A stretch of DNA of 64,000 nucleotides, taken from positions 124,001 to 188,000 of the forward strand of contig JBLDXI010000032.1 in assembly GCA_047495785.1 (NCBI GenBank). The letters are read 5' to 3'. The notes beneath the pieces are model-generated. The model searched no databases. It was not told where the DNA came from and was given only the letters and a program-made list of their open reading frames with translations. Each line of letters begins with the position of its first letter. Position 1 is the stretch's first letter. The position numbers were made by a program, and so were the translations under genes. This stretch comes from Lepidodermella squamata (taxonomy: Eukaryota > Animalia > Gastrotricha). Shown here piece after piece: positions 1-11,892 of the stretch.

Positions 1-783
1 ATCCATTATCATCGGAAATCGTCTGAAATGGGCAAACATCGGCTCCTTTAAACTATGTTTTATTTACATAAAATACATATCAGGCACTAAGGAAGAGATC
101 TAAATGGAAAATTTTGAACGAATCGAACAGTTTATTCAGCTTTCAGCTTTTATATTAGCTTCCGGGGCTTTAGGAGGTTCGATTTATTTGCATAATTTTA
201 AGTGAAATTCCTGCACTAAATTTCCACGATCATTTGTGATTTTTTTTGTCATTCTTTACTGAAAATGAAAGGTATTTCAAAGTCTAGTTTCGCCAGCAAA
301 ATGTTTCCTCTTTGCTCGGATACCAACACCGTTCTTGCGGTTTTTTCGAATGATTTCGAGTTGAACAATTTCATAGAGCTGGAGATAGCATTTCAGCATT
401 GTTCCAAAAACGAACTTGGTCTCATATTTGATTTCCTAAAATATAAAAATTGCTAAAGCGGTGGTTTTCCGATACTATTATCGAAAAATCACTGATTTGT
501 GAAATCGATAATTGAAATCGATAATCGACACTAGTTCTGTATAACTTCTAAAAGACCGCTGCTGATTCCGCAACATCTGTACTTGAGATCTATCTCAATT
601 AGAATTGCAAATGAATAAATTTAAATTCTAAAATTCAAAATTTCGAAAAATTTCATGCTGGAAAATTTAATTTAAAATAGGCATCTGTTCGGAAGCTTCC
701 ATCGTTTATTCAACTTATTGTAATTTTTGAACCGTTGTGAAAAAGTTTAATAAAAGCTTTATGTTATCCAGCAAAAGGCACTA

Positions 784-2007
784 TTAGTTATTAGTCATTA
801 AGCTGAAGAAAACAGCATGCACGACAATGAGAGTTATCAAAGTGATAATGAAGAAGATTAAATCGATGAATCGAACATTCGACATTTGGAACCCTCGCTT
901 GTGGCTCATCGTTGTCATGCCGAATGGCAACGGAACGCTTATCTTCTTGTAATGCCCGTTTTCATCGAGCAGCCAATCCGCCAGGCCAACGCTCAACACC
1001 GAGTAGACAGTGCATATTGAACCTATGATAATGTTCGTATTCACGTAGACTACAAGGTAAATTGTCTCAGCGGTATGAGGAATCTCCTCCTGAACTAAGC
1101 TGTGAATCACAGCGAAAGCTAGAAGGATCGTTATTGAATAGACAGCCCTCTCCGCAATATGAGGCGCCATGGCAAATGGGCTGATTTGTAGGACAACCAG
1201 AGAAATCGATGGTATGAAGATGGCGTAAATGTATGGCTCAACCTTTCGTTGCAGCGTGAAGTAGTAATGAGCCTCCCCGGAGCAATGAATTATCGGCGGG
1301 TTCCCCATTGGGTAACAAGTTTTAGATACCTCACTGCTGTAGTTCAACAAATGCCAAACGGCCATAGGGCTAGTGAATCCCTCAGGGTTCTCAACATCGA
1401 TCTGAATCCTAGCTTCACTGATACTTGTATAGAACTGAGTGTCCCATAGTTCGAAGGCGAACATGCAGGTTTGCCTATCAAACGGGAAATGCTTCAGTTG
1501 AAGTGGGCATGATGTTGTCCAAGTTCCAGTTGGCGACCATTCGATCCAGCCGTTGCGAAAAATGTTCGTGTAAAGACCCTTCCCATTGTCGACAATTGCC
1601 TGAACTTTGTGGGGGCTGTTCCTATGGATTATCGACGGTTTCCAGAATAGTTCAGTTGGCAGCGCGACATGCGTGATGTTTCTGATTTGGTCGGCAATCG
1701 GTTTTGACTTGGCGGCGATTGCGTCGATGTCTCTATCCCACCGAACGCAATCGTCTGACCAGCAAAGGTTCAACGTCGCGAATATTGACATTGTTTCGCC
1801 GACTTCGTCGAATTCAACGAGGTTGAAGAAGTAAAAAAGGAGTTCCAGGTTGATCCTGTGGTCGTAGAAACCAAGGTCGGCATGACATTCGTTGAAAAAG
1901 CGATTCCTTAGGAAGTTTTCCGCTTCGAAACTCAGGGGAGACGGCTGGGAGAATTCGACCAGGGAAAATGAGAGTATAGCTGCGACAATAATGATGAAGT
2001 AGTTCAT
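784..2007 (-). CDS. Intronless Cys-loop ligand-gated ion channel subunit (nAChR/5-HT3-like, divergent), LGIC-1
   Basis: 407-aa ORF with signal peptide, FWKPSI (loop A), Cys-loop CPLQLKHFPFDRQTC, pre-M1 LQRK, M2 ERAVYSITILLAF, four hydrophobic helices and a very short M3-M4 loop. Confidence 0.93.
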   Translation of the reverse strand: MNYFIIIVAAILSFSLVEFSQPSPLSFEAENFLRNRFFNECHADLGFYDHRINLELLFYFFNLVEFDEVGETMSIFATLNLCWSDDCVRWDRDIDAIAAKSKPIADQIRNITHVALPTELFWKPSIIHRNSPHKVQAIVDNGKGLYTNIFRNGWIEWSPTGTWTTSCPLQLKHFPFDRQTCMFAFELWDTQFYTSISEARIQIDVENPEGFTSPMAVWHLLNYSSEVSKTCYPMGNPPIIHCSGEAHYYFTLQRKVEPYIYAIFIPSISLVVLQISPFAMAPHIAERAVYSITILLAFAVIHSLVQEEIPHTAETIYLVVYVNTNIIIGSICTVYSVLSVGLADWLLDENGHYKKISVPLPFGMTTMSHKRGFQMSNVRFIDLIFFIITLITLIVVHAVFFSLMTNN

Positions 2008-3369
2008 CGTCGTTAAATTCTATACAATAATCGCAAGCAATAGTCTTCATTAATGCGCAATGGAAAAAGCTTGGAATAGAGAGCCTCAATCTACCGAGCA
2101 TCGTGGCACAAATGCGTCTTACCGCGTTGTTTTGATTGCGAATATTTAGTGATTGTTGCGTTGCTAGGTAACGAAAGCATATTGGGGCCTTAGATAACGA
2201 TTCGTTTAATTACGTCTAAGCCTTGTTGGCAAATGTAAGATGTTCTTGTTAGTGCCCAAGAGCTGTGAAATAGGCTTTGAACCAAAGGCGATGCTTGGTG
2301 TTCCAGTGAATTGCCGATGCGTTGTAAACGATGGCACTGGACTTGAAGCTAATGGAAAGATCCACTACGCTTCGGACTAATTCCGACACTTGCAATGTTT
2401 TCTTTACACACTGACAACTGTAAGAAGTGCTCAGAATATATCTAATCACATGTTTTATATGATTTTAGCTCACAAGCCAATTTTTTCGACCAAGTTCCCA
2501 GGCAATTATGAATATTAAATGAGGCTTAATCACGCCTCGTTTGAGTAAACAAATCACGGCTACTGGTGAGATTGTCCTATTACATCGATTTTACCATATT
2601 GGAAGCGCAGCACCTCTCTTATTATATTCTCTTATACTCAGCTTTCAGCCAATTTCACTATAAAGAAATGTATTAGGCATTGAAATACATGACTTGCAAT
2701 TACGATCGCAGTTGAAAGGACAAGGAAAACCTTAAAACACCGGTCATTTCCAAACAGCAAATGAATCATCCAAAATCCGACTACCTAATACCCCTCAAGA
2801 GGTCTGTCGCATCTTGTCGACTACACTTTTGTGTCACAGTTGCGCTCACTCACTGTTTCACACTAGCCAGACCAGCAGGAGCCGAAATTAACTCGGATTG
2901 TTGGTTAAATTCAACTTAAAACAGTGCGCTTAAGTGATGTCGAGGGCATGAAAGCCGTCATTTGTATGATAGTCACCGAATCTCGGTTTCTTTAACAGCC
3001 TCAGCTTCCATGCTCAAAGGATTCACAGAAATAATATACTGCCATTCAGTAATAATTAGCTGAAAGTAGAGACCAAGCATTTCTTGCATTTTGTATACCA
3101 CTACAATGCACACTTGATATTCAATCAGAGTTTTGATTTAGTGAAAACCGACCCTGAACCTTGTTTTAGTTTTCGTATCGATCAATAGCCTAGCTGTCGC
3201 AGAAATTTGTTGCCTTTTACCACTACCGGGCTGAATAATAAGTTTCAATTAACCACGCATAGCAACATATTGAGTGTTTAATAATTGATACCTATAGCTT
3301 AATTTAATTTGATTTATAGCTATGAAAAACGGGATTCTCTATTTTAATATTGCTGTGCATAGCTGGAAA

Positions 3370-5426
3370 ATGACTAATTTATCTCACGTTCTCATTGCAG
3401 TTATTGCTTATCTGAAATGTGTTATTAGCCAAGATTCTACGGCGGTTATTAGTGGGTTCGAATACGAAACCACAACGCCGTACCATTCTGGCATCATTGT
3501 GCAGCAAGATGAAGGCAGCCCTTATGCGACATTTACAAACAGCTTAAGCGCGACGTTTTACACCGATGCGCCACTGTCAGATTCGACATATCGCGACAGC
3601 AATGGTGAAATCTTAAATGAAGGGGGAAGTTTACGAGGAACGCTGCTGAACTCTGCGAATTTGACGCGGGAGAAAACAGAATGCGACCGATTGATTTCGA
3701 AGAATTTAGACTTGAACGCCAATATGAAGAAAACCCAGCCTGTAATGCCTACCACTATCGATGTGAAACTCATAATTATATCATTGAACGACCTATCCGA
3801 TGGTAAGCTTCTGCTGTAAGACATGAAGACAATCCTTTGCGAATTATGAACAGTAAGCGGAACGATGACGATCACAGCGAGGATCGACGCCCGATGGACT
3901 GATTCAAGGCTGGCCGTAAATCAAAACAACACCTGTCAAGGGCAGTCGCTGTTGGTTCCAACCAAATCCTTATGGTTTCCATACTTCCTAAGTAAGAATA
4001 CAACTTGAAAGTACATACAAACTGAATAGCGTTCAAATCACAGTTCAAAATGGCGCGAAAGACATTTTTTACCCCGGTAAGTCCTAAAATCACTGGGAAA
4101 AGAAATATCTAACAAATGCTTTTCAGACGCTTGGGAAAAGGTGAACTATTTCTACTAGTTCTGCTAGTTCTTGTTTAATCAAGTCATAACAGTATCCGGC
4201 AATATTATCGTCGAATGGTAAGGTGGATTGGCGAGTTGCATTCAAGCTCGAACTCAGTTGTCCGGTAAGAACTTTTCTAAGGGAATTCGCTTTACCTTGA
4301 GGGTTTCCGTTTAATAGAGCATAGATGTCACTGTTTTCCCGTTCGACACTCAGTATTGCTTGGTGAGTCTCTCAGGTTACACTAATTCCCAACCTTAATC
4401 GAGTTTTCCTACTTTAGCTACTGCTACAGGTTTGTGGAATAACGCGCGAAGCTTTAAAGTAATCTTTTCTTTGCTTTGAAAGTCACCACATTACAGCTAC
4501 GGGCAACTGAATTATACTGTTGGAAACCGATCTCGAGCTGTCGTAGTTTTGGACAAAGATGACGTTCACCCAATTTGGGAGTTGACGGGTCAGGCTGTTC
4601 GTTTCACGTCAAAGGTAGCTGGCATTCAATTCTGGGTGAAGCTCGAACGCAATCCGACTTACTACGTCTGGACTATTTTCATTCCAATCGGTAAAGAATT
4701 TTCACTTGGTAGAACTACCGTTATGCCTCTCTTTATAGCTGCTGTGACCCTTCAAACAGGGGCAACTTTCATCCTGCCAGCTGATGGAGAGGAAAAGATC
4801 AGTACCGCTGTCAGTGGTCTTCTAGGTTACTTCTTCCTTTTCGTTTTATTCACGACTCAAACCCCGCAATCCTCTCAGTCTACTCCTGCCCTTATGACTT
4901 TCTACGCCTTCAATATCAGTAAGATCTTTCACGACCTAATATACATGCAGTAAGTGTTGCGTTACCAGTTCTCACCGTAGCCGCCGTAGTCGCGGCAGGC
5001 ATTGTTTCAAGAATTCTCACAGCGGTGGACGACGAAGAAGAGAATCCGGATCAAGATCCGGCTCAAATCAGAGCCAAAATCTATACAAGGCGTCGGAGTG
5101 TATTAATTGCCACTCCAGCTAATCCTCCTCCAACCGGGAACCGTGTTACTCTTCCTCCAATCGCAAAAAACAAAGTTGCAGATATTTCTTCCCCTCCAGA
5201 GAAACCAGCAGATCAAGTCAAGCATGAAATCCCGGATAAGTTCAAGAAGAAGAAGAAATTCACCATGTCAGCGGCTCAGGTCAACGATCTTTGCCTCTTC
5301 TTATTTACCTTGCTGACTGTGATCTCCATTTTGGTCTTCATCATCTACATCGCAGTTTTGCGCCCTGTAAAAAGCCAGACAACTCTCTCGATCACTCCGA
5401 TTCAAGAATACGTAATTGGCGAGTAG
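3370..5426 (+). CDS. Multi-exon Cys-loop channel subunit LGIC-2 (subfamily A)
   Basis: Hand-spliced exons 3370-3802, 3854-3991, 4045-4077, 4127-4140, 4193-4264, 4318-4362, 4418-4429, 4483-4690, 4739-4918 and about 4968-5426 give a signal peptide, WFPYF, FPFDTQYC, M2 GEEKISTAVSGLLGY and M4. Confidence 0.88.
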
Positions 5427-5484
5427 GAACCTACTATGCACTTTATTAACTTCAGTTTTGTATGACGTAAAATGTGTAGGCCTT

Positions 5485-6690
5485 TTAGTCGGGTAGCATT
5501 AAATGGAAAAATATTGCGTGCGTAATGATGAGAATGATCAATATTATTGTAAAAACTACAAAATCGATGAATCGCACCGCGGTAACTTGAAACGGTCGGT
5601 GAAAGGGCGAGAAGCTGGACTTTCCTATCGTAAGCTTGACTGGCTTCCCACTTTCCGTTACAAGATATTCCGCAAGACCGACACTAATCACCGAATACAC
5701 TGTACATATTGTCCCTATCATGATGTTGACATTCAGATAAATTACAAAATAAACGATCTCGGCTGTGTGTGGAATTTCCTCTTGAACTAGGCCATGAATC
5801 ACTGCGAACGCCAGAAGAATCGTGATTGAATATTCAGCTCTTTCGGCGTTGTGTGGAGCCATCGCGAAAGGACTTATCTGCAGGACAACCAGTGAGATCG
5901 CTGGGATGAAAATTGCAAAAATGTAAGGTTCAACTTTCCGTTTGATCGTGAAATAGTAATGGGCTTCTCCTGAACAATGGATTATCGCAGGGTTTCCCAT
6001 CGGATAGCATGTTTTAGTCAGCTCACTGTGGTATTCAACAAGTTGCCATACTGCCATTGGCGTGGTGAACCCTTCAGGATTTTCAATGTCGATCATCATA
6101 TTAGCCACAGTTATATTTGTATAAAACTGGGTGTCCCATAGTTCGAAGGCGAACATGCAGGTTTGGGTGTCGAAAGGGAATCGTTTCAGATGGAGAGGAC
6201 ATGCTGTTGTCCAGGTCCCTGTTGGCGACCATTCTATCCATCCGTTTCGAAAAATGTTGGTGTACAGTCCTTTCCCATTGTCTACGATGGCCTGAACATT
6301 CGTAGGGCTGTTTCGGTGTATTATCGCCGGTTTCCAGAAGAGCTCAGTAGGCAGGGCGACGTGGGTTATATTTTGAATTTCGTCAGAGATCTTTTTCGAT
6401 TTCATTTCTATTTGTTCGATGTCCCTATCCCATCTGACACAATTATCCGACCAACAGAGGTTCAGAGTTGCAAATATAGACATAGACTCATCTGGTTCGT
6501 TGAATTCAACGAGATTGAATACGTAAAACAGCAACTCCAGGTTGATTTTATGATCGTAAAAGCCGTCATGCGCGTTGCATTCGTTGAAGAACCGATGTCG
6601 CAAAAAAGCTTCCGATTCTCGACTTAGAGGAGTTGCCTCAACAAGTTCATTCGCCAAGAAGTAAACGCAGACTAAGATGAACGCTATCAT
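5485..6690 (-). CDS. Intronless Cys-loop channel subunit LGIC-3, close paralog of LGIC-1
   Basis: Start ATG at 6690 (MIAFILVCV signal peptide); Cys-loop CPLHLKRFPFDTQTC; long stretches identical to 784-2007. Confidence 0.93.
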   Translation of the reverse strand: MIAFILVCVYFLANELVEATPLSRESEAFLRHRFFNECNAHDGFYDHKINLELLFYVFNLVEFNEPDESMSIFATLNLCWSDNCVRWDRDIEQIEMKSKKISDEIQNITHVALPTELFWKPAIIHRNSPTNVQAIVDNGKGLYTNIFRNGWIEWSPTGTWTTACPLHLKRFPFDTQTCMFAFELWDTQFYTNITVANMMIDIENPEGFTTPMAVWQLVEYHSELTKTCYPMGNPAIIHCSGEAHYYFTIKRKVEPYIFAIFIPAISLVVLQISPFAMAPHNAERAEYSITILLAFAVIHGLVQEEIPHTAEIVYFVIYLNVNIMIGTICTVYSVISVGLAEYLVTESGKPVKLTIGKSSFSPFHRPFQVTAVRFIDFVVFTIILIILIITHAIFFHLMLPD

Positions 6691-7651
6691 GCGAAAGCGA
6701 TGAAAAAAGTGTACTGGAATCATCCAGCAGAAAAATATCGAAATAAAGCGTGTCACAAATTAATTACAATTAAATTTTTATTTGGACACTTGAATAAAGG
6801 GCACCTCTTAAGAGCGCATTATTTCAAGTAGCTGAAAGCAAGATTAAACGAGCATTTTTGAAGAAGCAATGTCAGTACTGACGTATGGAAGGAAATTCTC
6901 AGCACTACTCATCGATTTATTATCACCGAGATTCTCACGTTGCATGTCGCTCAACAACGTTCTGGAGCAATTTTGAGAGCATGAGATTTAATCACGTTCA
7001 GAAAAATAATCTGAATTGCCATATAGACCTGAATATCTAAATGACGAAGTCCAGTTAGCGGCTCTGGCTCAAAATTGGGAACAGAGAAATTGTCACAATT
7101 GTTATTACTGGCAAATGGGAGGAAATAACTCATAAGATCACTTCTTAAGGTTACTTTCACAGAACAGTAAATGCGTTTCTCGTTTTTGTTAGTCATCTTT
7201 ACTCCACGATGCTTTTCAGTGCTGGCAATTTCAGCGATCACGTGTGTCAACATTTGTAGTCTTCTCTACCTTTCACTTCAAAGGCAATGATAGAAATTAG
7301 GAGGTACTTATTGCATATTCCAATATTTAATAAAATATTTAAAAGTTTATAAATTGACAAAAAGTGGGCTATGGCTACGGCGGTGTAGCTGGTTGAAAAG
7401 CGTCACTTCCGCCCGTGAAAACGTGGGTTCTACTATCATGACGCAGGTGATTTGTAATGTTTTTTCATAGATAACGTCCACAGGGATTGTTCACATGGCT
7501 TTTTATTCAATCAAGTGTCTACGGTTGCTAATTGGTTTAATAATTGATGACGAATTTTGCGTGCATTCGCCCCAGGGTGTCACAGGCTCGGGCATTAAAT
7601 TTGGTCAGTTTTGGAAACATGGAACATTTTGACATTTTTACTTTTTGAAAC

Positions 7652-9752
7652 ATGGATGTGACTATGTTTCCGGTATTAATCATTCTTCTGAAGTCAAGCC
7701 TTGTCGTCCCTCAGGATTCGTCAACCCAATCATCGACTGATGTAACGACGATTTCTGGGATAGCTTCATCAAGCTCGAGTTTCAGCTACGAGACAGCATC
7801 GTCATCAAGCCTTGACATCCTACTTTCTAACCCTTCGACGGGTAGCTACAGTACGTTCACGCCAACGAATTCAATCTCGATTTCAACATCCAATGGCTGG
7901 ATTAGTCCTTACGCAACTGCCACGCAATCATTCAGCGTCAATATTCAAACCGACTCATCTGCGCCTTCACAGAGCTATCAAGATACTAATGGGGAGACGG
8001 TGAATTCAGAGGGTGGCAGTCTTCCAGGTACCATGCTCAACTCGGCTAATTTGACCATTGAAAAGAAGAGGTGCGACTCGCTGATCGCTGCGAATCTCGA
8101 GGCCCGCAACGATGATCGCAAAACTCAACCAGTTATGCCGACTACAATCGATGTCAAAATCATCCTGATATCACTGAATGAAGTTTCAGATGGTAAGAAT
8201 GATTATACCAATTGGGCTGTTGAATTTTTTCTTGAGTAGTTAAGGGGACTATGACAATCACCGCTCGATTGGATTTTCGATGGACGGATAGCAGGCTTGC
8301 GTTAGGCAAAAACGAATCGTGCCAGGGCTACAGTTTGCTGGTTGATACTCAAAGTTTGTGGTTCCCCTACTTCATAAGTATGCTTAAGCCCTTTTTAGAA
8401 TGCTCTGTATACTCGTTCTTGATTTTCAGTACAAAACGGGGCGCAAGACATTTTCTACCCAGGTAATAACTGGGCTCAACCAATTTTGATGTACTTTAAC
8501 TCGCTGTTTTGCAGATGCATGGGAAAAATATCCGGCAATAGTCTCATCCGATGGTAAAATAGACTGGAGGGTAGCTTTCAGACTCGAGTTGAGTTGCCCC
8601 GTAAGTTGATAACATCTATATTCAGCCAATTAACTGGCTTCGTTTTTCAGCAAACGGATGTTTCAACGTTTCCTTTCGACAATCAATACTGCTTGGTAAG
8701 TACCCGATTTCCGTTCGGAATCCCGTTTAACCTTGCCTTTTCCAGCTTCTGCTACAAGTGAGATTTGTCTCTTTGATATGGGTTCGCCTGTATCATCTAT
8801 TTCACCCTTCTAGTCCCCGCATTATAGCTATGGCCAGCTGAACTACACTGTTGGTAACAGAAGTCGAGCTGTCGTCAAGCTCGATAAAGATGACGTCCAT
8901 CCAATATGGGATATCAAGGGCCAGGCAGTACGCTTTACATCCCGAGTAGCCGGCATTCAGTTTTGGATTAAGCTGGAAAGAAAAGCCATGTACTACACTT
9001 GGACGATTTTCATTCCAATCAGTAATATTGAAAAAAACATGTTCCATTCTATTTGAAAGGGGATTGACTTTAGTTGCCGTGAGTCTGCAAACTGGCGCTG
9101 CTTTCCTAATACCGGCGGATGGGGAGGAGAAGGTTAGCACGGCGGTTAGTGGCCTGTTGGGGTATTTCTTCTTATTCGTACTATTTACAACTCAAACGCC
9201 TCAATCATCACAATCAACACCTGCCTTGATGACTTTCTATGCATTCAACATAAGTAAGTGTCTAGCTTAGGAAAATCATCAATTCAAAGTGTTGTCTTAT
9301 TAGTTTTGGCGGTCGGAGCAGTCATCGGCTGTGCTATGGTTGCTCGAATCTTGACGGCTGAAGACGAGCAGGAGGGAGTCGAAGCAGCCGAAGACCGGCG
9401 TCGGAGTGTCTTCTTGCCTAACGCTGAGTATGGTAACATTCTGATTTCATCTCGCAATCGAAGAGGAATGTCCAGCATAATGCGCCAACATAAGGTAGCT
9501 GCTCAGCCGCCTGTTGAAGGAAAAGGCAACGAGGAAGGTCATGGAACGAGTCATGATGAGAAGAATAAGAAAAAGAAGAAATTCCTACTATCGGCAGGTT
9601 TTGTTAACGACCTCTGCCTTGTACTATTCTTTCTGCTAACGATCATTTCGGTCGTTGTCCTATGCATTTATTTGGCCGTTCAGCGAGCTTCAAAGGACAA
9701 TAACCCTTATCTGGCAACGACAGAAGTTCAAGAGTACACCATCGGCGAATGA
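7652..9752 (+). CDS. Multi-exon Cys-loop channel subunit LGIC-4 (subfamily A, paralog of LGIC-2)
   Basis: Signal peptide plus S/T-rich N-terminus; KTQPVMPTTIDVK, FPFDNQYC and GEEKVSTAVSGLLGY; most intron positions shared with LGIC-2. Confidence 0.88.
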
Positions 9753-9827
9753 AAGAATAACATAAGCTTTTGATCTCACTTTATTTCGGCTAATTCTTGA
9801 AGGAAAATTGAAGGAAAATGTATATAT

Positions 9828-11714
9828 CTATGACGACGCCTTATAAACTGTTAGCGGAGTGGTTTTGATCGGTAATTTGTTACTAAGCTGTTGATGCATG
9901 ACAACGAAATAAATAGCTACAACCATCACAGAGATGAGACCAATGCAAGAGTAGACGAGAAGGCAAATGTCATTCACGAGTTCAGAATGAATTCGAAATT
10001 TGTTCAGTTTTTGCGCGATTTTCCCAAGACTGCCTTGATTTGACTTTTCGACGTCTGGGTTCTTGCTGAAATCAGGTTGCATCTTAGCCTTAGCACTCGA
10101 TCGATGGAATAACGAGCTGTAGATGCGGGGGAGGGGTTGATTTTGCTGAATTGCCGGCTCATCGCTGAGAATGCGGAGTTTTTCTTCTTCCTCTTGAATC
10201 AGCTTATTCTTTACCTCTTCCTCGGCTTCAATGCATACTAATCGCCCGATGATAGCAGTTGCTACAACTGCAACGGTAGTGAAAATGATTTGGACGGCAA
10301 AGAAAATCATGAGAATCGGCATGGTGTCTTTGCCAGTTTGTGGTGTTGTTTGGGCGAAGAGGAGGAAAATGAAGAAGTAGGACATCAAACCGGCCCCAGC
10401 TGTTGATAACTTCTCGCCATGATTAGCCGGTAAAATGAACGTTGAGGCTGTCTGAAGGAAAATCGAAACTGCAAAACAATCAAAAGGATTAAAATATCAG
10501 GAAATACAAAGGTAGATTATTACTCAAAGGTATCGCTAGGGTGTAGACGTAGTAATTCGGTTTGCGGGCAACTTCTATCCAAAAAAGGAGGCCTGGAACA
10601 CGTTCTGTGAACTGGACTGATTGCCCTGTTAACTCCCAGATTGGATTGTCAACGTCGTCTGTCAGCAAAACGACGGATTCTTCTTTAGCAGGGGTGGTGT
10701 AGTTCAGCTCGCCAGGTTTGGAATGCGGAGATTGAAGGAGTAGTTTACACTGCTGCTTATCGAACGGGAAAAGCCTAACATCCATATCACTAATACGCCA
10801 TGAAGAAATCAGTTTGGTTAACTAGAATGAAACACTTCAATTTTTACCAAGCCAGTTCCAGGTAAAACGCCATTCTCCTGGTAAAACAAAAAAAAATTAA
10901 TGATAACAGAGTTTAATTTCTGTACTAACCATTCAATGCGCCCATCGTTAGCTAGGATGCTGGGGAAGCTTTCAAATGCTTGTGGGTAGAAAATTTCCTA
11001 AAAAAACGGTAAATCCTAGGAATTTACAGAGCTATTTGAATTGTCGTACACTAGCTCCGTTTTGGATCAGGAAATAAGGAAACCAGAGCTGGTTAGTCGC
11101 AACGAGGAGTGTTTGTCCTTTGCATCCCTGCTTGGTCGGGATCGCCAGTCTTTGATCTCTCCATTTCAAGTCGATGCGAATGGTTGCTTTCAGTGTTCCA
11201 GATTCATCAACAAGATCTGCAAACGATATCACGATGACCTGGCAAAGCAATAACCTAATGTCTTTCTGATGAGGGTCTTCATTTAACCGTCATCTACCTG
11301 AACAACTAGGGTTAGAGGAACTGTGGGCTGTGTTCTGGATAGCTTCGTCTTCTTCAACAAGTTGTCTAGAATTATTGCGTCACATCGGGCATTTTGAGAT
11401 GTAAGATTCACGGAATTTGCCAGCAATCTCTGAGCCACTTTAGAGTTGCCGTCTTCACTCGCATCGTCCACACTATCGCTTAATTCCTCTTCAGGATCCC
11501 AATCAGGCTCGTTGGGATCATTGGGATCATTGCTTGGTAGAGACGGAGGGTCCGGGTCGTCTGTAGGCTCAACTGGCTCGTTGACATAGGCTGAAGGATC
11601 TTCTGGAGGTTCGGGCGTAGTAGCTAACAAATCATCCAAGCTTTCATCTGTAGTCTGCTGATTCGATTCTAACGTTAACAATATTAACACGAGCAGGAAA
11701 TTGTAGCGTAGCAT
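9828..11714 (-). CDS. Multi-exon Cys-loop channel subunit LGIC-5 (subfamily B)
   Basis: Signal peptide, D/E/P-rich N-terminus, WFPYFLIQNG, FPFDKQQC, M2 GEKLSTAGAGLMSY, M4 NDICLLVY. Confidence 0.88.
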
Positions 11715-11892
11715 TTTATCGGAAAATTCGACCTAGTAGCTTGGCATTTGCGACCGATACCACTCTCTTTTAAAGTTTTATTTGGTGCGAATCAATTTTT
11801 AATAAACTCCTTTTATCACGCACTTAGAACAAAGGGTCTCATCGACGTGTTTATTGGAACAAAACAAAGACAGACTACGTAAAGGTATCGTC

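Noticed and set aside
784-6690. Naming the channels as canonical nAChR alpha subunits or as cephalopod chemotactile receptor orthologs
   Set aside because: No vicinal Cys, and no phylogeny is available; only superfamily membership is supported
7378-7445. tRNA-like sequence (gtgtagctggtt...gtgggttctact)
   Set aside because: Degenerate B-box and no acceptor stem; at most a decayed tRNA or SINE fragment
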